Shown here: piece after piece, positions 30,038 to 40,526 of the stretch
How positions within the stretch are numbered: the first letter of the stretch is position 1
How the letters are laid out: each line of letters begins with the position of its first letter
Origin: Spirochaetia bacterium
Lineage (GTDB): Bacteria; Spirochaetota; Spirochaetia; SZUA-6; Bin103
NCBI GenBank assembly: GCA_965199955.1
Contig: CBDATQ010000001.1
Coordinates: 2,293,537-2,357,536 of the forward strand
Length of the DNA: 64,000 nt
Reading direction: 5' to 3'
Made by a program: the position numbers and the translations under genes
Notes under the pieces: generated by a model
What the model was told of the DNA's origin: nothing
Databases searched by the model: none
The model's input: the letters and a program-made list of their open reading frames with translations, nothing else

Positions 30038-32503
30038 ATGGCGGAGAAGAACGAGAAGGGCGCGCAGAGAACGCCGGAAGACGAAACGGAGAGCAAAACC
30101 AAGCCGAAGGTAACGCTCATAAAGAAGCGGCCCGGGCCTCAAGCCGCAAGCGACTCAGAGCCCGCCCGGCCGCCGGTGAAGCGGAAAGTCGTCATCCGCC
30201 GGCGTCCGATCGAGGTACCGGCGCGCCCGGCGACACCCCCGCCGCCGCCCGAGTCGCCTGCGCCACCCAAGCCCCAGCCTCGCAAGGAGGAGGTACCGGT
30301 GGCGCAGCCGGCCGCCCCCGCGAAATCGGGCCCGCGCATCGATCCGCTGCATCAGCCGTTTCAGCTTCCCAAGCGCGACCCGCGGCCGGTCACCCAGCGG
30401 CCCGACCGGCCGTCGCCGCCTCCTGGATTCCGGCCACCACGGGGCTTTCGTCCGCCGCAGGGACTGCGTCCGCCCGGCCAGCGGGGAGCTCCAGGCGGGC
30501 CGGTCCGGCGCACGCCGGACCGGCCGCTCAACTTCCGGCCACCGCAACCGGGGAGAGGACCGGGAAGGCCACCGATGGGTCCGGGAGGAGGATCGGGCCC
30601 GCCGCCGTCTCCCGGGAGAGGGCCGGGACGGTCGAGGGGCAAGCCGCGCAGGCGCGGCCAATACTCGCGCGAACGGTTCGAGGAACACGCCGAGAAGCTC
30701 GTACAGCAGCGTCGCCGCGAGGACGAAGCGGCGGCCGTGCCGAGCGAGATCGACATCATGGAGCAGGTCACCGTCTCCGAGCTGGCGCGCAAGATGAACC
30801 TCAAGGCTTCCAGCCTGATCGCCAAGCTGATGGAGATGGGCAGCATGGTCACCATCAACCAGCAGATTGACTCGGATACCGCAACGGTAATCGCGGAGCA
30901 GTACAACTGCACCGTCAACGTCGTGTCGCTGTACCACGAGACGGTGATCGAATCCGAACAACCCGGCGACGCCGACGACCGGCCGCGGCCGCCGATCGTG
31001 ACCATCATGGGCCACGTCGACCACGGCAAGACCAAATTGATGGACGCCATACGCGAGGCGAACGTCGCCGACCAGGAGCATGGCGGCATCACCCAGCACA
31101 TCGGCGCATACGCGGTCTCCATCGACCGCGACTCGCCCACTCAGGGCCGCATCGTGTTCCTGGATACCCCCGGACACGAAGCGTTCACGAACATGCGCGC
31201 CCGAGGAGCCCAGGTGACCGACATCGTGGTGCTGGTGGTAGCGGCAGACGATGGCACGATGCCGCAGACGGTAGAAGCGATATCGCACGCGCGCGAGGCG
31301 GAAGTCCCCATCATCGTGGCGGTCAACAAGTGTGACCTGGAGGACGCCAACCCCGAACGGGTGAAGCAGCAGCTTTCCGACCACGAGTTGGTCCCGGAGG
31401 AGTGGGGAGGCGACACCCTGTACCGGGAGGTGTCCGCGCTTGCCAAGACCGGGATCGACGAGTTGCTGGAGGCGATCCTTCTGCAGGCAGAACTGCTGGA
31501 GCTCCACGCGCCGTACGACGTCCGCGCGGAAGGCCGCGTGATCGAGTCCAAGGTCGACTTGGGTCGCGGCACGGTCGGCACGGTGCTGATCGAACGGGGC
31601 ACGCTGCGCTCGGGCGACCCGTTCATCGCCGGGGTGTATCCCGGGAAGGTGCGGGCGATGTTCGATGACCTCGGTAATTCGGTGAAGGAAGCCACGCCGT
31701 CGCTGCCCGTCGAGATACTGGGCTTCTCCGGGCTGCCCGCGGCCGGCGACCCGTTTCAGGTAACCGCCGACGAGCGCACCGCCCGCACCGTCGGTGACAA
31801 GCGGCAGGAGTTGCGCAAGGTGAGGGAGGCCGGATCGGTCAGCCAGATCACCCTCGACAACCTGTACGAGACCATCAAGGAAGGGGAGGTACAGGAGCTC
31901 AAGGTCGTTGCCAAGGGCGACGTGCACGGATCGGTGGAGGCGCTGGTTTCCGCGCTGGAGCGTCTGTCGACGGACGACATCAAGCTCACGGTCATCCACT
32001 CCTCGGCAGGGGCGATCAACGAGAACGACGTGATGCTGGCCTCCGCGTCGAACGCGTTGATCATCGGCTTCCACATCCGGCCGACACCGAAGGCGCAGGA
32101 ACTGGCGGACCAGGAGAAGATCGAGATTCGCCGCTACGACCTGATCTACGAAGCGGTCGAGGAAATCCGCGATTCCATGGAGGGGATGCTGACGCCCGAG
32201 GTGCTCACCGAGTCGGTGGGCGTCGCCGAGGTGCGCGAGCTGTTCCGCATCTCCCGCCTCGGCACGATCGCCGGCTGCCACGTTACCTCCGGACACGTGC
32301 GCCGGAACGCCATGGTCCATGTCGTCCGCGACGGAGCGCAGGTGTACGAAGGAAGAATCCTCACCCTGCGCCGCTTCAAGGAGGACGTCAACGAGGTGGA
32401 GTCGGGGTTCGAATGCGGCATCCGCATCGAGAACTTCAATGATCTCAAGCTGGGCGACAGCATCGAAGCGTTCGAGACGAAAGAGGTAGCAAAGAAGCTC
32501 TGA
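30038..32503 (+). CDS. infB: Translation initiation factor IF-2
   Basis: [27 protein letters not shown]. Confidence 0.99.
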   Translation: MAEKNEKGAQRTPEDETESKTKPKVTLIKKRPGPQAASDSEPARPPVKRKVVIRRRPIEVPARPATPPPPPESPAPPKPQPRKEEVPVAQPAAPAKSGPRIDPLHQPFQLPKRDPRPVTQRPDRPSPPPGFRPPRGFRPPQGLRPPGQRGAPGGPVRRTPDRPLNFRPPQPGRGPGRPPMGPGGGSGPPPSPGRGPGRSRGKPRRRGQYSRERFEEHAEKLVQQRRREDEAAAVPSEIDIMEQVTVSELARKMNLKASSLIAKLMEMGSMVTINQQIDSDTATVIAEQYNCTVNVVSLYHETVIESEQPGDADDRPRPPIVTIMGHVDHGKTKLMDAIREANVADQEHGGITQHIGAYAVSIDRDSPTQGRIVFLDTPGHEAFTNMRARGAQVTDIVVLVVAADDGTMPQTVEAISHAREAEVPIIVAVNKCDLEDANPERVKQQLSDHELVPEEWGGDTLYREVSALAKTGIDELLEAILLQAELLELHAPYDVRAEGRVIESKVDLGRGTVGTVLIERGTLRSGDPFIAGVYPGKVRAMFDDLGNSVKEATPSLPVEILGFSGLPAAGDPFQVTADERTARTVGDKRQELRKVREAGSVSQITLDNLYETIKEGEVQELKVVAKGDVHGSVEALVSALERLSTDDIKLTVIHSSAGAINENDVMLASASNALIIGFHIRPTPKAQELADQEKIEIRRYDLIYEAVEEIRDSMEGMLTPEVLTESVGVAEVRELFRISRLGTIAGCHVTSGHVRRNAMVHVVRDGAQVYEGRILTLRRFKEDVNEVESGFECGIRIENFNDLKLGDSIEAFETKEVAKKL

Positions 32504-32560
32504 GACCGGAAGCTCCGAGCATCGTCGGCGCCGGTAGGTAGAGCAGGGACGGAGGGGAAC

Positions 32561-32905
32561 ATGGCGAACCAGCGGGGCGAGAAGGTCGGCCGACTGCTGC
32601 GCGAAGTGTTGGGCGAGATGATCGTGGGCGGACGGCTGGCCGACCCGCGCATCGATCCCCTGCTGAACCTGACGCGGGTCAAGGTTTCCCGGGACCTCAA
32701 GCACGCCGTCGTGTTCGTATCCCATCACGGCGAAGCTCCCGTTGTCGGACCTGCCACGGACGCGCTCAACCACGCCGCCGGCTACCTGCAGGCGGAGCTC
32801 GCGCGCCGTATCCGCTTGCGGGAAACGCCAAGGCTGCGTTTCGTGGCGGACTCTTCGGTGGCGGACGGGTTTCGCGTACTGCAGAAGATTCGCAACCTCA
32901 CCTAG
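32561..32905 (+). CDS. rbfA: Ribosome-binding factor A
   Basis: DPRI, VSRDLKHAVVFVS, TPRLRFVAD. Confidence 0.95.
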   Translation: MANQRGEKVGRLLREVLGEMIVGGRLADPRIDPLLNLTRVKVSRDLKHAVVFVSHHGEAPVVGPATDALNHAAGYLQAELARRIRLRETPRLRFVADSSVADGFRVLQKIRNLT

Positions 32906-32939
32906 AACACGCGCCTGGAACACACGCGGACCGCGAGAC

Positions 32940-33956
32940 GTGTCGGTCAGACGGAATCCGGACGTGGCAGACGTGCCGCAGGGCGGCGGGATGGTCCTTC
33001 TGAGCAAGCCCTCCGGCATGACATCCTTCGCGGCGCTCGGGCGCCTGAAACGAGTGCTCGGGACCCGTCGCATCGGCCATACTGGCACCTTGGACCGGTT
33101 CGCGTCCGGTCTGCTGATCGCCATGGTCGGCCGGCTGACCCGCATCAGCTGGTTGATTACCGAGTTGCCCAAGCGCTATCGAGCGACCATCCGCCTCGGC
33201 GAACAGACGACCACGCTTGATCCGGAGGGGCCGGTAGAGTTGCGAAGGAACCTGCCGACACCCGAAGCGCTGAACGATGCGCTGTCGGGCTTCGTCGGCC
33301 GCATGCGTCAGGTCCCGCCCGCCTACAGCGCCGTGCACGTCGACGGCGAACGCGCATCACGGCGCGCACGACGCGGCCTCCCCGTGAAACCACGCGCACG
33401 GGACGTGTACGTGGACAGCCTGCGGATCATCGCCATGGACCTGCCCCAGGTGGAGATCGAGGTCATCTGCGGCAAGGGGACCTACGTGCGTTCCCTTGCC
33501 CGTGACCTCGCCTTGGCCGCGGGAAGCTGTGGGCACCTGACCGCACTGCGCAGGCTCTCGGTGGGTGCTTTCTCGGTGGAGGCCGCCGCGCCGGTCGACG
33601 CCGCGGGCGAAGGAGACGTCATCCCTCCGTCCGGTTTCCTGCACCGCATCGACAGTCTGGAACTGCGACAGGTCACGCCCGATGGCGCGCGGCGCGTCCG
33701 CGACGGACAGCAGCCGGAGTCCACGTTCATGGTGGGAGCACCGTCCGGCGAGCGATTCTGTGCGCTCCTCAGCGGCCGGGAGCTGCTCGCTGTCATCGAG
33801 CCAGGGGACGACCGGCTCTCCGTGCCGGGCAGCGGCTGCACCCGTTCGCGCCCCCAGTACCGCTATCGCTGCGTTCTGGCAGCACGGCCGGGCGGCGGCG
33901 CGGCGGAAGCCCGCGATCAGCGCGGCGCCGCACCCATGACGGAGGTGCCCGGGTGA
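32940..33956 (+). CDS. truB: tRNA pseudouridine(55) synthase
   Basis: KPSGMTSF, GHTGTLDRFASG, PPAYSA, GTYVRSLARD; start uncertain. Confidence 0.95.
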   Translation: MSVRRNPDVADVPQGGGMVLLSKPSGMTSFAALGRLKRVLGTRRIGHTGTLDRFASGLLIAMVGRLTRISWLITELPKRYRATIRLGEQTTTLDPEGPVELRRNLPTPEALNDALSGFVGRMRQVPPAYSAVHVDGERASRRARRGLPVKPRARDVYVDSLRIIAMDLPQVEIEVICGKGTYVRSLARDLALAAGSCGHLTALRRLSVGAFSVEAAAPVDAAGEGDVIPPSGFLHRIDSLELRQVTPDGARRVRDGQQPESTFMVGAPSGERFCALLSGRELLAVIEPGDDRLSVPGSGCTRSRPQYRYRCVLAARPGGGAAEARDQRGAAPMTEVPG

Positions 33957-34807
33957 CCGTCGCCGACTGGCAGGGACTGGCCGACCGGCCGCTCGACGAC
34001 GGCGTGGTGCTCACCATGGGCGTGTTCGACGGCCTCCATCGAGGCCATCGAGCGCTGCTGCAACGCGTGCTCGCGCACGGCGCGGACGCGTCCGCGGTGC
34101 TGACCTTCGATCCCCTGCCCAGCTCGGTGCTGTTCGGGACCAGCGAACGACTGATCCTGTCGCGGCGTCAGAAGGAACGCGCACTGGAGCGGATCGGCAT
34201 CCGCCACCTGATCGTCGTTGACTTTTCCCTCAGGTTCAGTAAACTTACGGGGGAAGAGTTCGTCACCCAGTTGCTCCGCCGCGTCGCCGTTCGCGGCGTC
34301 GTGGTTGGGCGGGACTTCCGGTGTGGACAACAACGCGACACCGATACCGAACAGCTCCATCGACTGTTGCACCGGCACGGAGTAGGGTTGGAAGTGGTGA
34401 ATCTGGTCCGCGAGGAGTCGCAAAACGCGGACGCACAGGGCACTCAAGACGGACGGGGCAGCGACGGAGCGAAAGTGAGCAGCAGCGGCATACGGCACGC
34501 GATCGACAGCGGAGACTTCCCCGTGGTACGGTCCATGCTCGGAGGGGATTATGAACTGGATGTCGAGCACGTCTCACCCGACTGCACGGGGGACGGCTTG
34601 GTTTTTCCGGCCTCGTCGTTGACACAGCTCCTGCCCCGACCGGGCCGCTATTCGGGGTTCGCCCGCAGCGCATCGGGTGGCAGTGTATCGAGTGGTTGGG
34701 ACGCCCTGATCGCGGTGGAATGCGACCGGATAGTCGTTCACAGGGCGGTCGATCACGGAGCGATTGGCCCGTTGAGCGGAATTCGTTTTGCACGACGGGA
34801 ATCCTGA
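33953..34807 (+). CDS. ribF: FAD synthetase (RibF N-domain) with degenerate kinase domain
   Basis: GVFDGLHRGH, VGRDFRCG, VSSSGIR; no GFPTAN motif. Confidence 0.85.
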   Translation: MTVADWQGLADRPLDDGVVLTMGVFDGLHRGHRALLQRVLAHGADASAVLTFDPLPSSVLFGTSERLILSRRQKERALERIGIRHLIVVDFSLRFSKLTGEEFVTQLLRRVAVRGVVVGRDFRCGQQRDTDTEQLHRLLHRHGVGLEVVNLVREESQNADAQGTQDGRGSDGAKVSSSGIRHAIDSGDFPVVRSMLGGDYELDVEHVSPDCTGDGLVFPASSLTQLLPRPGRYSGFARSASGGSVSSGWDALIAVECDRIVVHRAVDHGAIGPLSGIRFARRES

Positions 34808-34872
34808 CGGATCAGGCGGACGGGCCCGGATCGAGGCAGGATAGCATTGAGACAGGATACATTGAGGACAGG

Positions 34873-35142
34873 ATGGGATTGACCAAAGAAGAGAAAACGG
34901 AAATCGTAACCGACTTCGGAAAAGGTGATGCCGATACCGGAGCTTCGGCGGTGCAGGTAGCGCTGCTTACCCGCCGGATCACGCAACTCACCGAACATTT
35001 CAGAACACACCCCAAGGACCACGCTTCGCGCCACGGCCTCCAGCGGATGGTCGGGCAGCGGCGTCGGCTCATGGGTTATCTCAGCCGCAAGGACGCGGAC
35101 ACGTACCGGAATCTGCTCAAAGAGCTGAACCTGAGGAAGTAG
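34873..35142 (+). CDS. rpsO: 30S ribosomal protein S15
   Basis: DTGASAVQVALLT, KDHASRHGL, ELNLRK. Confidence 0.98.
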   Translation: MGLTKEEKTEIVTDFGKGDADTGASAVQVALLTRRITQLTEHFRTHPKDHASRHGLQRMVGQRRRLMGYLSRKDADTYRNLLKELNLRK

Positions 35143-35191
35143 CGTCACCCGGCACGGCGCTGCGCAGAAAGCCGCGGCGCAAGGAAGTAAC

Positions 35192-37531
35192 ATGGCACAT
35201 ACCGTAGAATTGAAGGTCGGCGCCGAGACGCTGACACTGCAGACCGGTCGGCTGGCCAAGCAGGCCAACGGCGCGGTCTATGCGCAATACGCAGGCTCCG
35301 CCGTCCTGGCGACGGTCTGCTGCTCCGCCAAGGAGATCGAGGGGCTCGACTACGTCCCCCTGCAGGTGGAGTACAACGAAAAGGCATACGCATCGGGCAA
35401 GATCCCGGGGTCGATATTCCGCCGCGAAGGCAGGCCTCGGGATCGTGAGATCCTGGTGTCTCGCCTGATCGACCGGCCGATGCGGCCATTGTTCCACAAG
35501 TCGTTCAGCCGCGACATCCAGGTGGTTCCCACGGTGATCTCGGCAGATCAGGTCAACCCCCCCGACGTGCTGGCCATCGTGGCGGCGTCCGCGGCGGTCA
35601 CCGTCTCCGACGTACCGTTCGAGGGACCGGTCGCCGGCGTCCGGGTTGCCGTCCTTGACGGCGATGTCGTGATCAATCCGACCCACGACCAGATCGAGTC
35701 CAGTCAGCTCGACATCGTGGTCGCCGGCACCCGCGACGGCATCACCATGGTCGAAGGGGGTGCCCAGGAAGCCGACGAAGAGACGATGATCTCCTGCATC
35801 GAGCGGGCGCACGAGGTGATCGTCGAAATCTGCGACGCGCAACTGCGCCTTGCCAAGCTCGGCGGCCGGGAGAAGCTGCCGCTGCCCGAGGTCGCCGGCG
35901 CGGAGATGGAGACCGAGATCGCTTCCTGGGTGCGTCCGAGAATGGAGGAAGCCTGCTTCGTGAAGGGCAAGGAAGCGCGCTACGCCGCGATTCGACAAGT
36001 GAAGCAGGACACCTTCGAGCATTTCGCCGACCATATCGGCGATACCGGCGGCGATGCGGTCGAAGCGCTGCTGGAGAAAATCGAGACCGACGTGGTGCGG
36101 ACCTCGATCCTGGACAACCGCGTGCGCACGGACGGGCGCTCGCCCGACGACATCCGCGACATCAGTTGCGAGGTCGACGTGCTGCCGCGGGCGCACGGCG
36201 CGGCGCTGTTCACGCGCGGCGAAACCCAGGCCCTGGCGGTCACCACGCTCGGCACCGCCAATGACGAGCTGCGCATCCTGGACGCGCTGGAGACCGACGT
36301 CGACCGCAAGAAGCACTTCATGCTGCACTACAACTTCCCGCCGTTCTCGGTAGGAGAAACCGGGCGTCTGGGCACCGGGCGCCGGGAAGTCGGCCACGGC
36401 CACCTCGCCGAGCGGGCGCTGGAACGGGTGATCCCCAGCAAGGAAGACTTCCCGTACACGGTAAGGGTGGTCTCCGAGACCCTGGAGAGCAACGGTTCAT
36501 CCTCGATGGCGTCGGTGTGCGGTGGCACGCTGAGCATGCTCAACGCCGGTGTGCCGATCACGCGCTCGGTCGCCGGCATCGCCATGGGGCTGATCTCCGA
36601 CGGCGACCGCTTCGTGGTCCTGTCCGACATTCTGGGAGAGGAAGATCACCTGGGCGACATGGACTTCAAGGTCGCCGGCACCGAGCAGGGCATCACCGCG
36701 TTCCAGATGGACATCAAGATCGCGGGCGTCAGCTCCGAGCTCCTGCGCGAAGCGCTCGACAAGGCGCGCGCCGGCCGCCTCAAGATTCTGGAGATCATGC
36801 GCCAGACCATGGACCGGCCGCGTGACGCGGTATCGGACTTCGCGCCGAAGATCATCACAATGCGCATCGACGTCGACAAGATCGGAGCCGTCATCGGCTC
36901 CGGCGGTTCCAACATCCGATCGATCACCGAGACCACCGGGGCCGACGTGAATATCGAGGACGATGGCGTGGTGACCATCTACTGCCGCCGCAAGGAAGGC
37001 GCCGAGCGCGCCCAGCGGCTGGTCGAGCAGGCCGTTGAGGAGCCGGAGGTCGGCAAGACCTACACGGCCCGCGTCACCCGCATCATGGATTTCGGCGCCT
37101 TCATGGAGATCCTCCCGGGCAAGGAAGGTCTCTGCCACATTTCCCGGCTGACCGCCGACCATGTCGGCCAGGTCGAGGACGTGGTCAAGCTGGGTGACGA
37201 GGTGCAGGTGAAGCTCATCGAGATCGACCGCATGGGCCGCCTGAACCTTGCCACGCTGGACGCCGTGGGCCCGGATGTCGAGAACTTCGCGGGCGCCCCG
37301 GGATCGCGGCCGGTCGGCGATCCGTTGCGCGACCGCGTCGGCGGCGGAGGCCGTCGCCCCGGTCCGGGAAGGAGAGAGCGTTTCGGGCCCAATCGCAGGG
37401 ATGGGCGCGAACGCAGGGATGGACGCGACGGCCGTCCGCCCCGGTCGAGGAGCATGTCAGGCGGGCGCGGACCGCGTCGCCAGGGCAGCCCTGACGACCG
37501 GAGACCTGACGACGAGCATGCATCGGATTGA
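35192..37531 (+). CDS. pnp: Polyribonucleotide nucleotidyltransferase
   Basis: RLIDRPMRPLF, FTRGETQ, SNGSSSMAS, GDMDFKVAG, KH and S1 domains; Arg/Gly-rich tail. Confidence 0.99.
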   Translation: MAHTVELKVGAETLTLQTGRLAKQANGAVYAQYAGSAVLATVCCSAKEIEGLDYVPLQVEYNEKAYASGKIPGSIFRREGRPRDREILVSRLIDRPMRPLFHKSFSRDIQVVPTVISADQVNPPDVLAIVAASAAVTVSDVPFEGPVAGVRVAVLDGDVVINPTHDQIESSQLDIVVAGTRDGITMVEGGAQEADEETMISCIERAHEVIVEICDAQLRLAKLGGREKLPLPEVAGAEMETEIASWVRPRMEEACFVKGKEARYAAIRQVKQDTFEHFADHIGDTGGDAVEALLEKIETDVVRTSILDNRVRTDGRSPDDIRDISCEVDVLPRAHGAALFTRGETQALAVTTLGTANDELRILDALETDVDRKKHFMLHYNFPPFSVGETGRLGTGRREVGHGHLAERALERVIPSKEDFPYTVRVVSETLESNGSSSMASVCGGTLSMLNAGVPITRSVAGIAMGLISDGDRFVVLSDILGEEDHLGDMDFKVAGTEQGITAFQMDIKIAGVSSELLREALDKARAGRLKILEIMRQTMDRPRDAVSDFAPKIITMRIDVDKIGAVIGSGGSNIRSITETTGADVNIEDDGVVTIYCRRKEGAERAQRLVEQAVEEPEVGKTYTARVTRIMDFGAFMEILPGKEGLCHISRLTADHVGQVEDVVKLGDEVQVKLIEIDRMGRLNLATLDAVGPDVENFAGAPGSRPVGDPLRDRVGGGGRRPGPGRRERFGPNRRDGRERRDGRDGRPPRSRSMSGGRGPRRQGSPDDRRPDDEHASD

Positions 37532-38820
37532 TTCAGGAGTTTGAACTGAGCCTTGGGGCCACGCTGCTGGTGGATCCGGTCGAACACACCGGCACCGCGG
37601 CCCTGGGTTTCTGGTACGGCCACGGGTCCCGGGACGAACGTGCCCACGAGCACGGCTGCAGTCATCTCCTGGAACACATGGTCTTCAAGGGGACGCCGAC
37701 GCGGTCGGCTTCCCGGATCGCTCGCGACATCGATCGGGTCGGGGGCTCGATCAACGCCTTCACCGACCGCGAGACCACCTGTCTGCATTGCAGCGTTCCC
37801 GGAGACGCTGCGCCCGCCGCGGCCGAGGTGCTGGCGGACATGGCCACCGCTCCGGCGCTCGATAGCGCCGAACTGACCAAAGAACGCAAGGTAGTCATCA
37901 ACGAGATACATGCGGCCGACGATTCACCCGACGAGCGCGCCTTCCAGGCGTACGTGGAACGGCTCTGGGGCTCGCACGCCCTCTCACGCCGTATCGCCGC
38001 CGACGTACATGAGGTTGCGGAGATCGATCGCGATCGGCTGCTGCGTTTCTTTCGGGAACGGTTCCATCCGTCGCGGCTGGTCGTCTCGGTCGCGGGCCGC
38101 GTTGCCGTTGAAGAGGTAGTCGCCGCGATAGACGACACGCTGCAGAGAACCGCGGCGGGGTGGTTGGACGAACCAGTGCTGGACGAAACGGCGGAGTCGC
38201 CCGCGGCTCGGTGCTCGCCCGATCATCACGCGGGGGTCTGGCGGCACGAGGACAGGTGCCATCAGACCTACCTGTACGCCGGCCGCCCACTTCCCGTGGA
38301 TCGAACGGTGCGAAACTACTACGCGCTGACCCTGCTCAGCACCCTGGTAGGGGAGTCGATGAGCTCGCGGCTGTTCCAGAACCTGCGGGAGCGACGCGGG
38401 TTGTGTTACTCCATCGGCTCGTTCCGGACACACCTCAGCGATCTCTGGCTGTGGTCGGTGTTCGCGAACTGCGTACCGGAGGCTCGCGAGGAGCTCATCG
38501 ACGGTCTGCTCGCCGAGTTGCGCGGACTGCGCGCCCACCCGCCGGGAAAGGAGGAGGTGGATGAGGCGATGAGCCATCTGCGCGGCGCCCTGGTCTTCGC
38601 CCGCGAGGACATGGAGGCGCGTATGCGCCGAATGGTGTACCAACGGCAGACGTTCGGGCCGATATTAAGTTTTGAAGAGATGGAGTCGTACATCCACGGC
38701 GTTGCCCGCGACGAGCTGGAAGCCATGGCCGGGCTGGTCGCGGACACCGATGCCTTCGCACTTGTAGCGTACGGGGGGGACCCAATTGACCATGATGTCG
38801 ACCCGCAGCCGTCCGATTGA
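37528..38820 (+). CDS. M16 family zinc peptidase
   Basis: HLLEHMVFKGT (HxxEH), INAFT, MSSRLFQNLRE. Confidence 0.93.
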   Translation: MIQEFELSLGATLLVDPVEHTGTAALGFWYGHGSRDERAHEHGCSHLLEHMVFKGTPTRSASRIARDIDRVGGSINAFTDRETTCLHCSVPGDAAPAAAEVLADMATAPALDSAELTKERKVVINEIHAADDSPDERAFQAYVERLWGSHALSRRIAADVHEVAEIDRDRLLRFFRERFHPSRLVVSVAGRVAVEEVVAAIDDTLQRTAAGWLDEPVLDETAESPAARCSPDHHAGVWRHEDRCHQTYLYAGRPLPVDRTVRNYYALTLLSTLVGESMSSRLFQNLRERRGLCYSIGSFRTHLSDLWLWSVFANCVPEAREELIDGLLAELRGLRAHPPGKEEVDEAMSHLRGALVFAREDMEARMRRMVYQRQTFGPILSFEEMESYIHGVARDELEAMAGLVADTDAFALVAYGGDPIDHDVDPQPSD

Positions 38821-40366
38821 GCCGCCGCTGAGGAACCCCGCCATCCGCGTCAAGCTGGTCGCGATCGCCCTGCTGGCCGCCAGCGCGGCGTCCGCCCAGA
38901 CGTTGGACCCGGTCGCCGCGCTGGCGGAGGCGAAGGCTGCGTTCGCGAGAGGTGACTACGCCGACGCTCTGGGAGTGGTGCGCTCGATGCGCATCCAGAC
39001 CCCCGCCAGCAGACACCTTCCGGAAGCGCTGCTGCTCGCCGCCCAGGCGGCGCTGGTCTCGGAGCCGTTTCGGGCCCGGTTCTTCCTGGACCAGGCCCGC
39101 TCCCACCCGCAGACCTCCGACGCCATTCACTTCGAGGTTGCGGTGACGGCGGCAGAGCTCGCCCGACGGGACCGTCTTCTGGCCGATTCACTGGATGAGC
39201 TGCAGAGAGCGCTGCGCCTCCAGCCGGCCGACATCCCGGGGCGCCGCCTCGATGAGGTGCGGATTCAGGCGGCCGAGCTGGCTCTCTACGAACTGAACGA
39301 CCTTGCCGCCGCCGCGTACCTGACCCTGCAGGTCGTCCAGCCCACGGCACTCGAACCGGCGGATCGCCGCACCTATGACCGTCTCGTTCGGGACGTTCTG
39401 TGGAGCACCATCACCCCGGCGATGCTGGGGCTTCCGGACGGCAACGTCACGGCAATTTCCGTGGATGCCGACGACGTGTGGATCGGCACTTCCAACGGCG
39501 GTGTCGCCCGGTATTCGCAGAACACCGGTATCGCCAGCCGCTTCACCGGCGCCACCACCGGAGGCGAACTGTCCGACACCATTCGCGCGATCGAAGTAGA
39601 CGGAAACTGGGTGTGGCTGGGCACCGCCGAGGGCTTGTCCGTGTACTCGAAGGCGACCAGCCGCCTCTGGAGAGTCGAACGGTTCAGCGTCGGCGGGAGC
39701 GGACGGCCCAACGTGTGGGCACTGGAGGGAATCGACGGACGCATCGCCGCCGGGACCCTGGGCCAGGGGCTCTGGCTGGCCGACGATCCGGATGGAGAGT
39801 GGACACAGGTCGAAGACCCGAGCTCGCTGGTCCGATTCGTGCAGGCGCTGCTGCGACGGGGCTCCACGCTGTACATCGGCACGCTGGATCGGGGAGTTGC
39901 CGTCATGGACCTGGAGACCGGACGAGTGCGCCGGGTCGATCGCCTGTGGGCCGCGGGGGCGAAGAACATACACGCTTTGTCCTTCGACGAGTCCGGGCGG
40001 CTCTGGGTCGGCGACCACGGCAACGGGCTGTTCAGGTGGGATCCCGACAGCGACGAGGTCACCCGGTTCACCAAGGGGTCGGGTTCTCTGGGCGACGACT
40101 TCGTCCTCGCCGTCGCGGTCGCGCCCGGGACGGTCCTGCTCGGGACCCACGGCGGAGGCGCGTACCGGTACGCCCTGAATGGTGGCGGATGGACTCACTT
40201 CGACATGACCGCGGTCGTCGACTGCCCGCCCAGGCACGGCATGGGGGCCAACGAAATCAGGGCGGTCGCTCAGGCCGGGCCGTTCGCGTACTTCGGGACC
40301 CAGGGATGCGGAGTCGCCGTGCTGGCCGACTCGCTGCAGTACGCGGCCGACGCCGCTTCCAACTAG
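38792..40366 (+). CDS. Exported TPR-like + beta-propeller repeat protein
   Basis: Signal peptide, helical N-half, repeated xWxGT/GG-V/L blades (VWIGT, VWLGT, LYIGT, LWVG). Confidence 0.75.
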   Translation: MMSTRSRPIEPPLRNPAIRVKLVAIALLAASAASAQTLDPVAALAEAKAAFARGDYADALGVVRSMRIQTPASRHLPEALLLAAQAALVSEPFRARFFLDQARSHPQTSDAIHFEVAVTAAELARRDRLLADSLDELQRALRLQPADIPGRRLDEVRIQAAELALYELNDLAAAAYLTLQVVQPTALEPADRRTYDRLVRDVLWSTITPAMLGLPDGNVTAISVDADDVWIGTSNGGVARYSQNTGIASRFTGATTGGELSDTIRAIEVDGNWVWLGTAEGLSVYSKATSRLWRVERFSVGGSGRPNVWALEGIDGRIAAGTLGQGLWLADDPDGEWTQVEDPSSLVRFVQALLRRGSTLYIGTLDRGVAVMDLETGRVRRVDRLWAAGAKNIHALSFDESGRLWVGDHGNGLFRWDPDSDEVTRFTKGSGSLGDDFVLAVAVAPGTVLLGTHGGGAYRYALNGGGWTHFDMTAVVDCPPRHGMGANEIRAVAQAGPFAYFGTQGCGVAVLADSLQYAADAASN

Positions 40367-40493
40367 CACCCATCAAACTGTTAGTTTGGGGGGTGCGTGC
40401 TACGGAACTCGGCCTTGTGAGCGCTGGTCCAGCGCGCCTGAGGCACGTGTAGCGACCCATGCCACCCGTCGATATCAGTTCGATGGGTACTAG
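40363..40493. mobile_element. MITE with terminal inverted repeats
   Basis: CTAGCACCCATCAAACTG ... CAGTTCGATGGGTACTAG (16/18 inverted match); CTAG/TA at both ends; no transposase. Confidence 0.8.
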
Positions 40494-40526
40494 CGCGTTG
40501 CCGGTGGATGGCAGGAGCGCAGGCCG

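Noticed and set aside
30380..30660. Pro/Gly/Arg repeats in the IF-2 N-terminus (and the PNPase tail)
   Set aside because: Low-complexity disordered extensions are common in these proteins.
30155..33172. 1005-aa minus-strand ORF, and similar long ORFs at 1014-2948, 28280-30142, 46602-48497 and 55531-57192
   Set aside because: Antisense shadows of well-supported genes; expected with high-GC codon bias; no recognisable motifs.
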